In this document: in pieces, positions 20,336 through 33,900 of the stretch
How positions within the stretch are numbered: position 1 is the stretch's first letter
Layout: each line of letters opens with the position of its first letter
Assembly (NCBI GenBank): GCA_965203055.1
Contig: OZ241863.1
Span: forward strand, 1,408,001 to 1,472,000
Length of the DNA: 64,000 bases
Direction of reading: 5' to 3'
Source: Spirochaetia bacterium
GTDB lineage: Bacteria; Spirochaetota; Spirochaetia; SZUA-6; Bin103
Translations under genes and position numbers: made by a program
The notes under the pieces: model-generated
What the model was told of the DNA's origin: nothing
The model's database searches: none
Seen by the model: only the letters and a program-made list of their open reading frames with translations

Positions 20336-20662
20336 TCACCCGCAAGGCGCCTCGAGGCTTACCCTGACGAGGGCCGCGACCGCGTCCGGCTGGCGGGTTC
20401 CGCCGGCGACGCGGTTGGCGCGGACCGTTCCGCAGCGCTCGCACCGGTGGAGCAGTTGCCAGCCCTTGCGGCCGGCGTGGCGGACCGCGACCGGCGCCAT
20501 GAGCCCGCCGCAGGAGTTGGCCCGGTCACCGGGGCGCACGTCCACGTGCAGCGAGTACAGGCAGCGCGGACAGTGATTGCGGTAGCTGCCGGTGTCCAGC
20601 GGCGCCACCCGGCAGCCGCACTGCGCGCAACGAAAGCCGGTGTTCTCGCGCTTCTGCCCCAT
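20336..20662 (-). CDS. RNHCP-domain protein
   Basis: FRCAQCG...YRNHCPRCLYSLHVD..PGDRANSCGGLM...HRCERCG. Confidence 0.92.
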   Translation of the reverse strand: MGQKRENTGFRCAQCGCRVAPLDTGSYRNHCPRCLYSLHVDVRPGDRANSCGGLMAPVAVRHAGRKGWQLLHRCERCGTVRANRVAGGTRQPDAVAALVRVSLEAPCG

Positions 20663-20681
20663 GTCCCCAGGTCCGCGAGCG

Positions 20682-21740
20682 CTACTTCGAGATGAGCTCC
20701 AACTCGAACACGAGAAATGAATTCGGAGGAATTACCCCGGGCACGCCGCGGCTCCCGTAGGCCAGTTCCGGCGGAATGATCACGGTGCGTCGTTCCCCCT
20801 CGACCATGTCCAGCAACGCTTCATTCATGCCCGGGATGAGATCGCCGATGGTGAACTGCGCCGCGTCGCCGCGCGAGTGGGAACTGTCGAACACGCTGCC
20901 GTCGAGCAGCTTGCCGGTGTAGTGCACGGTGACGCTCTGACCCGACTGCGGCTTGTCGGCGCCGCTGCCGGCCGCGGTGACCACGTAGCGCAAGCCTGAG
21001 TCGGTGGCCGCCGCCTCCGGCCAAGTGGCGGCGATGATCTCTTCGGCCGCGGCGCGTTCCAAGGCCGCGGCGCGTTGCGACTGGCCCCCGGTCTGCTCCA
21101 GCAGCGCGTCGAAGCGCGCCTGATCGACGGCGTAGGCCTCGGCCGCGGCGCCGATGCGGAGGATGTTGATTTCCTCCATCACGTCGCCCTGGCCCACCGC
21201 GTCCACCACCTCCTGGCCGTGGACCACGCGCCCGAACACCGTATGGTTGCCATCCAGCCAGGGAGTGGCCTTGTGGGTAATGAAGAACTGGCTGCCGTTG
21301 GTATTGGGGCCGGAGTTGGCCATCGACAGCACGCCGGGACCGTCGTGCTTCAACTCCGCGACGATCTCGTCCGGGAACTGGTAGCCGGGGCCGCCGCTGC
21401 CGTTGCCGCGCGGATCTCCCCCCTGGATCATGAAGTCGTCGATGACGCGATGGAACTTGAGGCCGTCGTAGAACCGTTCCGCGTTGCGGTGGCGGTACTG
21501 AATGGTGCCTTCCGCCAGCCCGACGAAGTTGGCGACGGTCAACGGCACCCGCTCATACTCGAGGCGCAGATAGATGGCGCCGTGTCTGGTCTTCAGCTCC
21601 GCATAGAGGCCGTCGTCCAATTCAGGACGCGGCTGCTCTCCGGCGGCGTCGCCGGCGGCGCAAGCGGCGACTGCGAGCGCGGCGCCGAGCGGCAGCAGCG
21701 ACCACCCGCCCCGGGAGCGTGCGCGATGGGCCTGTCTCAT
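20682..21740 (-). CDS. Peptidyl-prolyl isomerase, cyclophilin-FKBP fusion, with lipoprotein-like signal
   Basis: Cyclophilin motifs [33 protein letters not shown] and HTVFG; FKBP motifs [16 protein letters not shown] and [14 protein letters not shown] lipobox-like. Confidence 0.93.
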   Translation of the reverse strand: MRQAHRARSRGGWSLLPLGAALAVAACAAGDAAGEQPRPELDDGLYAELKTRHGAIYLRLEYERVPLTVANFVGLAEGTIQYRHRNAERFYDGLKFHRVIDDFMIQGGDPRGNGSGGPGYQFPDEIVAELKHDGPGVLSMANSGPNTNGSQFFITHKATPWLDGNHTVFGRVVHGQEVVDAVGQGDVMEEINILRIGAAAEAYAVDQARFDALLEQTGGQSQRAAALERAAAEEIIAATWPEAAATDSGLRYVVTAAGSGADKPQSGQSVTVHYTGKLLDGSVFDSSHSRGDAAQFTIGDLIPGMNEALLDMVEGERRTVIIPPELAYGSRGVPGVIPPNSFLVFELELISK

Positions 21741-21968
21741 GACCACGTGAATGTATTGCAGCGCTGCCGCGGGCTCAACCCCGCCGGCGGCGGGAGTTCC
21801 GGACCGCGCGGCGACGGCGCGCCGGTCTGCGATGGCTGCCTGCCGCATAAGTGTTTGCGGCAGCGGCGCGGATCTGCGATAGTGGCGTCAGGCTGGCTAC
21901 TTCTTCATGCCACTTCTTCATGGCAGGCACCGGAGATGAGGGGAGCGACGACCGGCAGATCCTTGTTG

Positions 21969-24900
21969 ATGGCACGCATTTTGCGGGGGGGGGGGGGGGG
22001 GGCTCGAGAAATTACCCGGCGGCAGTGCCGCCGCGGCGGCGCTGGTCGCGCTGCTGAGCCTGGCGCCCCCGGCCGCCGCGCAATCTCCCGCGCTCTCCTT
22101 CGGCTCGGCGGCGGTGGAGAGCAAGCTCTACGATACCGGCACCGCCATCACTCCCATCGTGCTGCCGGAAGCGACCGGCGGCGCCGGGACCCTGAGCTAC
22201 ACGCTTTCGCCGGCCACGCTGCCGCGCGGCCTGACCTGGACCGCCTCGACCCGCACCATCGCGGGGACGCCCACCGCGGTCACCGCCGCCACCACCTACA
22301 CCTGGCAGGCGACGGACGGCGATGGAGACCGCGCCACCCTGACCTTCTCGTTGCGGGTCTGGGCACCCGCCGGGCCGGCGGTCGACGGGACCAGCGTGCG
22401 CCTGGAGACCGTGAACGGGCGCACCAAGTACAACTACTGGCCCGGCGAGACGATCTGGTTCCTGGTCCAGTATCCTGAGAAGGTAGCGGTCACCGGGACG
22501 CCGCAGGTCACGCTGGTCGTCGGCGACCGGACGCGCAAGGCCGATTACAGCGCCGCCGACACGGCCTGGTTGCGGTTGGCGACGAACGACGACCCCTACG
22601 ATCTGCTGATCTTCACCTACACGGTGCGGGCGGACGACTTCGACGGCGACGGCGTCGCGGTCCCGGCGGACGCGCTGAGCCTGAACGGCGGGACCATCCG
22701 GGCGGTGGACGGCGGCGCCGACGCCAAGCTCAGCCTGGGAACGCACGCGGTCGCCAGCGGCGACGCGACCAGCGTCCAGATGCGGGTGCGCGATACGGCG
22801 CCTGCCTTCTCGCAGTCGGCGAGCGCCGCCAACCGGTCGTTCGCGCTCAACGCGGCGACCTCCACCACGCTGCCCCGGGCCACCGGCGACGGCGCGCTGA
22901 CCTACGCCGTCAGCCCGGCGCTGCCGCGCGGCCTCTCGCTGGCGAGCGCCAGCCCGAAGATCACCGGCACGCCCCGGGTTGCGGGCGCGACCACGCACAC
23001 GCTGACGGCGACCGACGCCGACGGCGACCGCACGGCGCTCGGGCCATTCACCATCACGGTGGCGGCGGCCAGCGCGCCGAAGCCGAGCGCGCTGACCCTC
23101 AGTCCTCCGCCGGGCTTCGACGGCGACTACGCCGCCGGCGAGGTGATCCGGGCCTTCGTCTCGTTCGACAAGGGCGTCACGGTCACCGGCGCGCCGCGGC
23201 TGGCGCTCACCATCGGCGCCAACACCCGCCAAGCGTCGTACCACGCCGCCGGCAGCGACTCGGACGACCTCTCGTTCCGCTACACCGTGACCTCCTCGGA
23301 CTTCGACGGCGACGGCATCAGCATCGGCGACGCCGCGCTGACCCTGAACGGCGGCGCCATCGTCGGCACCGCGGCCGGCGCCGCAGCCGCGGCGCTGGAC
23401 CTCAGCGGCTACGCCGTCGCCAACGCCGCCGGGCACACGGTGCGCGATACGCAGCCATCCTTCGGGAGCGCCTCGGTGTCCGCCCGGAACTACCCCAAGA
23501 ACGCCGCGGTGGACGAATCGCTGCCGGCGGCCACCGGCGGCGACGGCACCCTGCGCTACACCTTGCAGCCGGCGCTGCCGCGCGGCCTCTCCTTCGACCC
23601 GGCCGGCCGCCGCATCCACGGCACTCCTTCCGTCCGCGCCCCGCCCGCCACCTACACCTACCGGGCAACCGACGGCGACGGTGACGCGGCCGCGCTGACC
23701 TTCCTGCTGGCGGTGACCGACGTCCCGGCGGTGAGCGCGGTGCGCGTCAGCTCCAGCCCGGCGAGCGGCGACGCCTACGGCGCGCTGGAGACCATCAGCG
23801 TGGAGGTGCGGTTCGACCAGGCGGTGACGGTCACCGCGCCCAACCCCAGCCTGGCGCTCACCGTCGGCGCCCGCACCCGCAGCGCGGCCTTCGCCGGCAA
23901 GCCGAACGCGAGCACCTTGCGCTTCAGCTACCGGGTGCAGGCCTCCGACGATGACGACGACGGCATCGGCGTCGCCGCCGGCGCGCTCACGCTGAACGGC
24001 GCCGGCAAGCTGCGCGACGCGACCGGCACCCGCGACGCGGCGCTCGCGCTCGGCACCCACGCCATCGCCAACGCGGCGGGCCACCAGGTCGACACGCCGC
24101 CGAAGATCTCCGGCGTCGCCATCACCTCCCGGCCGACGAACGGCAACTACGCCGCCGGCGACGTGATCGCGGCGCGCCTCACCTTTACCGAGTCGGTGTT
24201 CGTGCGCCGCAATCCGCCGACGGTGGCGCTCACCATCGGCGCCAACCCCCGCACCGCGACGTGGCACGGCGGCCCCAGCATCGGCGGCCCGAACACCCAC
24301 ACCTTCGCCTATACCGTGCAGTCGTCGGACTTCGACGGCGACGGCATCAGCATCGCCGCCGGCGCGGTGACCGCCAACAGCGGCTTCCTGGCCCATAGCC
24401 GCGATGATCCGAACCGGCGCGCGCTGGTCGGCCTGGGCAGCCACGCCATCGCCAACGACGCGAACCACCGCGTGCGCGACACCGCGCCGACCTTCGCCTC
24501 CGCGGTCGCCGCGCAGCACTACGTGGCCGGCGCCGCGGCGTCGCTGACGCTGCCCGCGGCCACCGGCGACGGCGCCATATCGTACCAACTGACCGGCGCG
24601 CTGCCGGGCGGGCTGATCTACCACAGCGCCGACCGCCGGATCAGCGGCACGCCGCAAGCGGCCGCCGCCGCCAGCGCGCAGACCTGGGTCGCCACCGACG
24701 CCGACGGCGACGCGACGGCGCTCACCTTCACCATCACCGTGGCCGCGGCCGGCGCGCCGAAGGTATCGGCGCTGACCTTCCTGTCGACGCCGCGGCGCGG
24801 CGCCACCTATGCCGTCGGCGAGACGATCGTGGCGGGCATCAAGTTCGACAAGAGCGTCACCATGACCGGTTCGCCGCGGCTGGCGTTGTCGATCGGCGGC

Positions 24901-27900
24901 GTGACGCGCTACGCGACCCTTTTCAGCCGGCCGTCGCGAGTCACGCGGTGGCACCATCCGTTCACCTACACGGTGCGGAGCGTCGACCGCGACACCGACG
25001 GGATCAGCATCGGCGCCAGCGCGCTGTCGCTGAACGGCGGCAGCATCGTGCGGTCGAACGACGCGAGCGTCGCCGCCTCGCTGGCGCTCGGCAGCTTCGC
25101 GGTCGCCAACGCCGCCGGCCACAAGGTGGACGGCGGCACCAACCAACCGCCCGCGGTGCGCTCGGTCAGCGTCGACTCCTGGCCGGTGGCGAGCGCCGGC
25201 TACGCCGCCGGCGACGTGATCCGCCTCAACGTCGGATTCTCGGAGCCGCTGGTGGTGACCGGGTCCCCGCGCCTGGCGCTCGGCATCGGCACGAACACGC
25301 GCCAGGCGGCCTTCGACCGCGCCGCGCACAAGCAGCTCTACTTCCGCTACACGGTGCAGGTCTCCGACCACGACGCCGACGGCATCAGCGTCGCCGCGAA
25401 CGCCCTGACCCTGCCGGACGGCGCCGCGGTGCGGGACGCCGCCGGCGCCGACGCTGCGCTCGGGCTCGGCTCCCGCGCGCTCTCCAACCTGTCGGCGCAC
25501 AAGGTCAGCACCCCGCCCAAGGTCACCGGGCTGGCGATCGTCTCCAAGCCGCAGCAGGCCGGCACCTACACCCGCGGCGGCGTCATCACCGCCCGGGTGA
25601 CCTTCGATCAGAGCGTCACCGTGACCGGCAGCCCCGCGCTCGCCCTCACCATCGGCGCCGATACCCGCGCGGCGACCGCCGCGGCCGGCAGCGGCAACGC
25701 GTACCTCGACTTCAGCTACACCGTGGCCGCGGCGGACGCGGACGCCGACGGCCTCGGCATCACCGGGGCGGCGCTGACGCTGCCGAGCGGCGCGGCCATC
25801 CGGGATGCCGACGGCGCCGGCGCCGTCCTGGATCTCGGCAGCTACGCCGCAACCCGCTTCGCCAACGCCAAGGTGGACGGGAGCAAGACCGGCCTCTGGC
25901 CGGACTTCGGCGCCGCCGCCGGCCCCGACCTGTCGATCGGCAAGAACGTCACCGTGACCTACCTGCTCGACCCGGCCTGCGGCCCGGTGCCGGTCGGGTG
26001 CTCCCTGGCCGCCTCGCACACCGGCGACGCGCCGCTGGCCTACACCGTCTCGCCGCCGCTGCCGAGCGGCCTGAACCTGTACCGCGGCACCGCGGTCCTG
26101 GTCGGCGCCGCAACGGTGGCATCGCCTTCCACCAGGTACACGCTGACGGTGAGGGACGCCAACGGCGACACCGACACCCTGACCTTCACCCTGGCGGTGA
26201 CCGGCGACCGCCCGACGGTCCACGGCGTGAGCTTCCGGTCCAGCCCGGCCGCGGCGAGCACCTATGGCCGCGGCGAGGAGATCCGGGTGGCGGTCCGCTT
26301 CCGGCGGCAGGGCGGCGGCGCCCTGGCGGTCACTGGGTCGCCCCGCCTGGCGCTCCGGATCGGCAGCGTGACCCGGCAGGCCGCCTATTACGGCGTCAGC
26401 GGCGACGGCGTGCTGTTCCGCTACGCCGTGCAGGCGGCGGACCGCGACGCCGACGGCGTCTCCATCGCCGCCGGCGCCCTGACCCTGAACGGCGGCGCAA
26501 TCCGCGACCGCGCCGGCAACGCGGCGCTGCTCGGCCTTGGCCGCCACCGCGTCGCCAACCACGCGTCGCACAAGGTGGACGGCGGCATCAGGCGCGCGCC
26601 GAGCGTGACCGGCGTGACCATCTCCACCTCGCCCGCCGCGGGCGACACCTACAGCCGCGGCGAGGCGATCGAGGTCGCGGTTCGCTTCAGCCAGGGCGTG
26701 GGAGTGACCGGCACGCCGCGGCTCGCGCTCGGCATCGGCAGCGCCGCCCGCTACGCGAACTACGACCGCGCGGGCGCTACCTCGGCGACGCAGTACTTCC
26801 GCTACGTGGTGCAGCAGGCCGACGTGGACGCCGACGGCCTCAGCATCGGGACCGGCGCCCTGACCCTGAACGGCGGCGCCATCCGCAACAACCAGGGCAC
26901 CAACGCGGCGCTCGGCCTGGGCCGCCATGCCATCAGCAACGCCGCCAACGCCAAGGTGAACGGCGCCGTCAACTCGCCGGCGATCGTGACCGGCGTGGCG
27001 ATCACGTCGCGCCCGGCGAAGGGCGACACCTTCCGTCTGGGCGAGGAGATCCGGGTGCGGGTTACCTTCAGCAAGGCGGTGGTGGCGAGCCGGCGCACCT
27101 ACCGGCAGGGGAACCCGGGCTACCCGCGGCTGGCGCTCACCGTCGGCAGCCGGACGCACCGCGCCGCGCTGCAGACCAGCGTCCAATGGGGCTCGCAGCC
27201 AGCCAGCACCACCCTCGCCTTCCACTACACGGTGCAGGCCGGCGACTACGACGGCGACGGCCTCGGCATCGCGGCGGCCGCGCTCGACGCCAACCTCGGC
27301 AGCATCCGGCACGGCGGCGTGGACGCCAACCTGAGCCTTGGCCGCCACGCCGTCGCCGCCGCGGCGTTCAAGGTGGACGGCCGCCGGCCGAGCGTGTCCG
27401 GGGTGAGCATCACGTCGCGGCCCGGCGCCGGCGACACCTACGCGGCGGGCGAGGTGATCCACGTGGCGATCACGTTCGACATGCCGGTCCGGGTCCCGGT
27501 CGGGCCCTACCCCGGCGGCAGTCCCACGCTGGCCCTCGCCGTCGGCCGCAACACGCGGCAGATGACCTACACCGGCAGCGGCGCCAGCGCCATCGGGTTT
27601 CGCTACGCGGTGCAGGCCGGCGACCGCGACCCGGACGGGGTCAGCGTCGTCACCCGCGGCGGGCTGGACCTGAAGGGCCTGGCGATCACGGCCGCGGCCA
27701 GCGGCAACCCGGCGGTGACCGACCTCAGCGGCTTCACCGGCCACGGCGGAGCCGGCCAGAAGGTGGACGGCGCCGCACGGCCGCCGGTGGTGAGAACCCT
27801 GGTGATGAGCAGCCCGCAGCGCGGTTCCACCTTCGACCGTCACGAGGAGATCGGCATCAACGTCCGGTTCAGCCAGGACCTGACGGTGACCGGCACCCCG

Positions 27901-30900
27901 CAGTTGTCCCTGGTCATCGGCTCCCGGACGAAGACCCTGAACATGGCGCGATCGTTCGGGTCCTACCTCCGGTTCGTATATGAGGTGCAGGCCGGCGACG
28001 CGGACGCCGACGGGGTGGTGGTGCCGGCCAACTCGCTGGCGTTGAACGGCGGCACCATCCGCAACCGGCACGGGGTGGACGCGGCGCTGGGCCACCTGAT
28101 CTACCGGCCTCCGCTGAACGTCGACGGCGCGGCGAATCATCCGCCGGTGGCGATCCGGGCGGGGTTCGCGGGCCGCCCGATCGGGGGCGTGTACGGCAGG
28201 GGCGACATGATCGACGTGGTGGTCAACTGGGGTAAGCGCGTCACCGTGACCGGCACGCCGCAGCTCGCCCTCGACATCGGCGCCGGGACCCGGCAGGCAG
28301 CGCTGCAAAGCGGGAATCAGCTCTACAGCCGGTTCCGCTACGTGGTCCAATCGGGCGACCTCGACAACGACGGCATCGGCTTCGGCAGCGGCGCGCTGAC
28401 CCTGAACGGCGGTTCGATCAGCGGTCCGGGCGGCACCACCGCCAACCTGACGCTGCCGGCCGCGGCGACCGACGCCAATCGGCGCGTGGACGGGCGGATC
28501 CTGCCGCAGCCGGCCTTCACCGGATCGGTGACGGCGCGGACCTGGACCGTCGGCTCCAGCGTCAGCTACGCGCTGCCGGCCGCCACCGGCGCCCGGGGGA
28601 CCATCGGCTACGCGATGCGGCAGCGGCTGCCGGACGGCCTTGAGTTCTCCGCCGCGTCGCGGACCATCACCGGCACGCCCACTACCGTGACGCCGCGCGC
28701 CACCTACACGCTGCAGGCCACCGACAGCGCGACCAACGCCAAGGGCACGCTGGACTTCTCCATCGAGATCACGCCGAACGCCGCCCCGGTGTTCATCCCC
28801 GCCACCTTCGACGCGCAGGTCTACGTCAAGGACGCACCGATCGCCCCGGTCGCGCTGCCGGCCGCCACCGGCGGCAACGCGCCGCTGAGCTACGCGCTGA
28901 CCGGGCCGGGCGCCGCGGCCACCCTGACCCTGCCCGACGGCATCTCCTGGACCCGGCCCTCCGGCACGAACACCGGCGGCACCCTCTCCGGCACGCCGAC
29001 CGCGGTGGCCGCCCAGGCGACCTACACGCTGACCGCCACCGACGCGGACGACGACGCGGCCACGCTCACCTTCACCCTGGAGGTGCAGGACGACGCAACG
29101 CCTGACTTCGGCACCGCCACCATCGCCAACCAGTCGTGGAAGCGGTACCGGGCGATGACCGCGTTCACGCTGCCGGCCGCCACCGGCGGCAACGGCAGCC
29201 TGTCCTACGCGCTCTCCCCGGACCTGCCGACCGGCGTGACCTACGACACCGCCCACCGGGTCAACGGCACGCCGAGCGTGGCCCTGGCGGCGACCTCCTA
29301 CACCTGGACCGCCACCGACGCCGACGGCGACACCGCGGCGCTGACGTTCACCATCACGGTGGCGGACAACAGCCTGCCGGCATTCCAGGTCCTCGCCCCG
29401 AAGGACCGCGTGTATACGCGGTACAAGCAGGCGGGCGGCACGCTGCCGCCGGCGATCGGCGGCGACGCCCCGTTGACCTACACGTTGTCGCGCGCCCTGC
29501 CGGCCGGCATGGCGCGCAGCGCCAGTCCGGGCAGGACCCCCGGCGGACCACCGGTCGACACCGCCAACCGCAGCTACGCCGGCGCGCCCACCGCGGCCAT
29601 GTCCAAGACCTCGTACGCCTGGACGGTTACCGACGCGGACGGCGACCAGGCGGTGTGGGACTTCACCCTCACGGTGTTGGACAATGGCGCGCCCGACTTC
29701 GGCGCCGCGGCGGTGGCGGATCAGTCGTGGATCCGGCGCCGGACGATCACGGCGTTCACGTTGCCGGCGGCCACCGGCGGCGACGGGAGCGTGTCCTATG
29801 CCCTCTCTCCGGCCCTGCCGGCCGGGGTGGCGAAGGACGCCGGCCACCGGGTGAGCGGCGCGCCGGACGCGGCGCTGGCGCGAACCGAATATACCTGGAC
29901 GGCCACCGACGGAGACGGGGATCAGGACTCGCTGACCTTCTACGTGACCGTGGCGGATCGGCCGGCGGCGGCGCTGGTGCTGACGCCGGCGACCATCGAC
30001 GAGAGCGGGACCGGCAATGCGACGACGGTGACCGCGACGCTGGACAAGGCGGCGAGCGCGGCGACCACGGTGACGGTCTCGGCGGCGGCGGGAACCAACG
30101 CCGAGGCGGGCGACTTCACGTTGAGCACGGCGAAGACGCTGACCATCGCGGCGGGCGCGACCACCAGCACCGGGGCGGTGACGATCACTGCGGTGGACAA
30201 TGCGGACGCGGAGCCGGACAAGTCGGTCACCGTGTCGGGGAGCGTGGACAACGACGACGTGGCCGCCCCGGCCGCGGTGACGTTGACGATCGCCGACGAC
30301 GACCGCCCGTCCACGCCGACGCTGTACGTCGATTCGCCCAAGGTCGCCGAGGGCGGGCCGGGCGATCCCTCGCAGTCGAACTCGCTGACCTGGACGGTGA
30401 CGCTGGCGCCGGCGAGCGACCAGGAGGTGAGGGTCTCGATCGCGCTCGACCAGGAGGCCGGCACGGCGACGGCGGGGACCTACCAGCGAGCCGCGGAGGG
30501 AGCGGACCACGGATTTCCGTCCACGCCGCAACTGGTGTTCCCGCCCGGGGAGACCAGCCGGAAGATAAAGGTGTCGGTGCACGGCGACTCGACGGCGGAG
30601 CCGGACGAGACGGTGGTGCTGGCGCTGAGCGGCCCGGTCAACGCGGCGCTGGACGCCACCTCCGCGACCGGCACGATCCTCGACGACGATACGCCTGCGG
30701 TGACGCTGGCGGTGACCGACTCGTCGATCGCGGAGGACGGCGGCACGACGACGGTGACCGCCACGCTCAGCCACGCGTCGAGCGCGGCGACGACGATCAC
30801 GGTGACGGCGGTGACGGGCGCCTACACGGTGGGGACGGACGCGACGATCGAGATCGCGGCGGGAACGACGGCGAACGCGGCGGACACGGTGACGATCACG

Positions 30901-33900
30901 GCGGTGGACGACGACGTGGACAACGTGGGCGACCGGTCGGTGACGGTGACGGGGACGGCGCAGAACAGCCACGGCGTGGGGACGGTGACCGGCGCGGCGC
31001 TGACGCTGACCGACGACGAGGCGACGCCGACGGCGACGCTGGCGCTGAGCGCTGAGACGATCGACGAGCACGACGGGTCGGTCGCTGGGTCGGCGACGGT
31101 GACGGCGAGTCTGAACCGAGCGTCGAGCGAGGCGGTGACGCTGACGGTGGCCGCGGCGGCGGGGACGAACGCGGCGGCGGGCGACTTCAGCTTGTCGGAC
31201 GCCACGACGTTGACGGTCGCGGCCGGAGCGACCGGCAGCACCGGCACGGTGACGGTGACGGCGGTCGATGACACGACGGACGCACCGGACAAGGAAGTGA
31301 CGGTATCGGCGACGGTGGGCGGGGACAGCGGGATAGCGGCGCCTGCGAGCGTGACGCTGACGATCGAGGACGACGAGGCGGCGCCTGGGGTGACGCTGGC
31401 GGTGGCGGACTCGTCGATCGCGGAGGACGGCGGCACGACGACGGTGACCGCCACGCTCAGCCACGCGTCGAGCGCGGCGACGACGATCACGGTGACGGCG
31501 GTGGACGGGTCGTACACGGTCGGCGAGGACGCGACGATCGAGATCGCAGCGGGAGAGACGGCGAACGCGGCGGACAGCGTGACGATCACGGCGGTGAACG
31601 ACGACGTGGACAACGTGGGCGACCGGTCGGTGACGGTGACCGGAACGGCGCAGAACGGCCAGGGCGTGGGGACGGTGACCGGAGCAGCGCTGACGCTGAC
31701 CGACGACGAGGCGACGCCGACCGCGACGCTGGTGCTGAGCGCTGAGACGATCGACGAACACGACGGGTCGGTCGCTGGGTCGGCGACGGTGACGGCGAGT
31801 CTGAACCGGGCGTCGAGCGAGGCGGTGACGCTGACGGTGGCTGCGGCGGCGGGGACGAACGCGGCGGCAGGCGACTTCAGCTTGTCGGACGCCACGACGT
31901 TGACGGTCGCCGCTGGCGCGACCAGCAGCACCGGTACGGTGACGGTGACGGCGGTCGATGACACGACGGACGCGCCGGACAAGGAAGTGACGGTAACGGC
32001 GGCAGTGAGCGGGGACAGCGGAATAGCGGCCCCGGCGAGCGTGACGCTGACGATCGAGGACGACGAGGCGGCGCCTGGGGTGACGCTGGCGGTGGCGGAC
32101 GGCGCGATCGCGGAGGACGGCGGGACGACGACGGTGACGGCAACGCTGATCCACGCGTCGAGCGAGGCGACCACGGTAACGGTGACGGCGGTGGACGGGT
32201 CGTACACGGTCGGCGATGACGTGACGATCACGATCGCAGCGGGAGAGACGGCGAACGCGGCGGACACGGTGACGGTCACGGCGGTGAACGACGACGTGGA
32301 CAACGTCGGCGACCGTTCGGTGACGGTGAGCGGGACGGCGCAGAACAGCCAGGGCGCCGGGAGCGTGACGGGCGCGGCGCTGACGCTGACCGACGACGAG
32401 GCGACGCCGACGGCGACGCTGACGCTGAGTGCTGAGACGATCGACGAGCACGACGGGACGAATCCGGGGAAGGCGACGGTGACGGCGACGTTGAACCGAG
32501 CGTCGAGCGAGGCGGTGACGCTGACGGTGTCTGCGGCGGCCGGGACGAACGCAGCGGCGGTCGACTTCAGCCTGTCGAGTCAGAAGACGCTGAGCATCGC
32601 CGCCGGGGCGACCAGCAGCACCGGTACGGTGACGGTGACGGCGGTGGACGACACGACGGACGCGCCGGACAAGGAAGTGACGGTAACGGCGGCAGTGAGC
32701 GGGGACAGCGGTATAGCGGCCCCCGCGAGTGTGACGCTGACGATAGAGGACGACGAAGCGGCGCCGGGCGTGACGCTGGCGGTCGCCGACAGCGCCATCG
32801 CCGAGAACGGCGGCACCACCACGGTGACCGCCACGCTCAGCCACGCGTCGAGCGCCGCGACGACGATCACCGTACAGCCGGTGTCAGGCGCCTACACGGT
32901 CGGGTCGGACGCGACAATCGAGATCGCGGCGGGAGAGACGGCGAACACGGCGGACAGCGTGACGATCACGGCGGTGAACGACGCGATCGACAACGTGGGC
33001 GACCGGACGATGACGGTGAGCGGGACGGCGCAGAACAGCCAGGACGTAGGGACGGTGACCGGAGCAAGCCTCACCCTCACGGATGACGAGGGAGTGCCGA
33101 CGGCGACGCTGGCGCTGAGCCCTGAGACGATCGACGAGCACGACGGGACGAATCCGGGGAAGGCGACGGTGACGGCGAGTCTGAACCGAGCGTCGAGCGA
33201 GGCGGTGACGCTGACGGTGTCTGCGGCGGCCGGGACGAACGCAGCGGCGGGCGACTTCACGCTGTCGAGCACGAAGACGCTAAGCATCGCCGCCGGAGCG
33301 ACGACGAGCACCGGTACGGTGACGGTGACGGCGGTCGATGACACGACGGACGCACCGGACAAGGAAGTGACGGTAACGGCGGCGGTGAGCGGGGACAGCG
33401 GGATAGCGGCCCCGGCGAGCGTGACGCTGACGATCGAGGACGACGAAGCGGCGCCTGGGGTGACGCTGGCGGTGGCGGACAGCGCGATCGCCGAGAACGG
33501 CGGAACGACGACGGTGACGGCGACGCTGAGTCACGCGTCGAGCGCCGCGACCACGGTGACGGTGACGGCGGTGGACGGGTCGTACACGGTCGGCGAGGAC
33601 GCGACGATCGAGATCGCGGCGGGAGAGACGGCGAACGCGTCGGACACAGTGACGATCACGGCGGTGAACGACGACGTGGACAACGTCGGCGACCGGTCGG
33701 TGACGGTGAGCGGGACCGCGCAGAACAGCCAGGGCGTAGGAACGGTGACCGGAGCAAGCCTCACCCTCACGGACGACGAGGCGACGCCGACGGTGACGTT
33801 GGCCCTGAGCCCTGAGACGATCGACGAGCACGACGGAACGAATCCGGGGAAGGCGACGGTGACGGCGAGTCTGAACCGAGCGTCGAGCGAGGCGGTGACG

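Noticed and set aside
20303..20345. RNHCP gene ending Cys-Gly-UGA as a possible selenoprotein
   Set aside because: The domain is already complete, read-through adds only 10 unremarkable residues, there is no convincing SECIS, and UGA is the common stop here.
22012..32844. 3610-aa minus-strand ORF and other long antisense or alternate-frame ORFs (e.g. 1247-4432, 16113-19478, 33280-35604)
   Set aside because: These are Arg/His/Gly-rich shadows of real genes, caused by high-GC codon bias, and carry no recognisable motifs.
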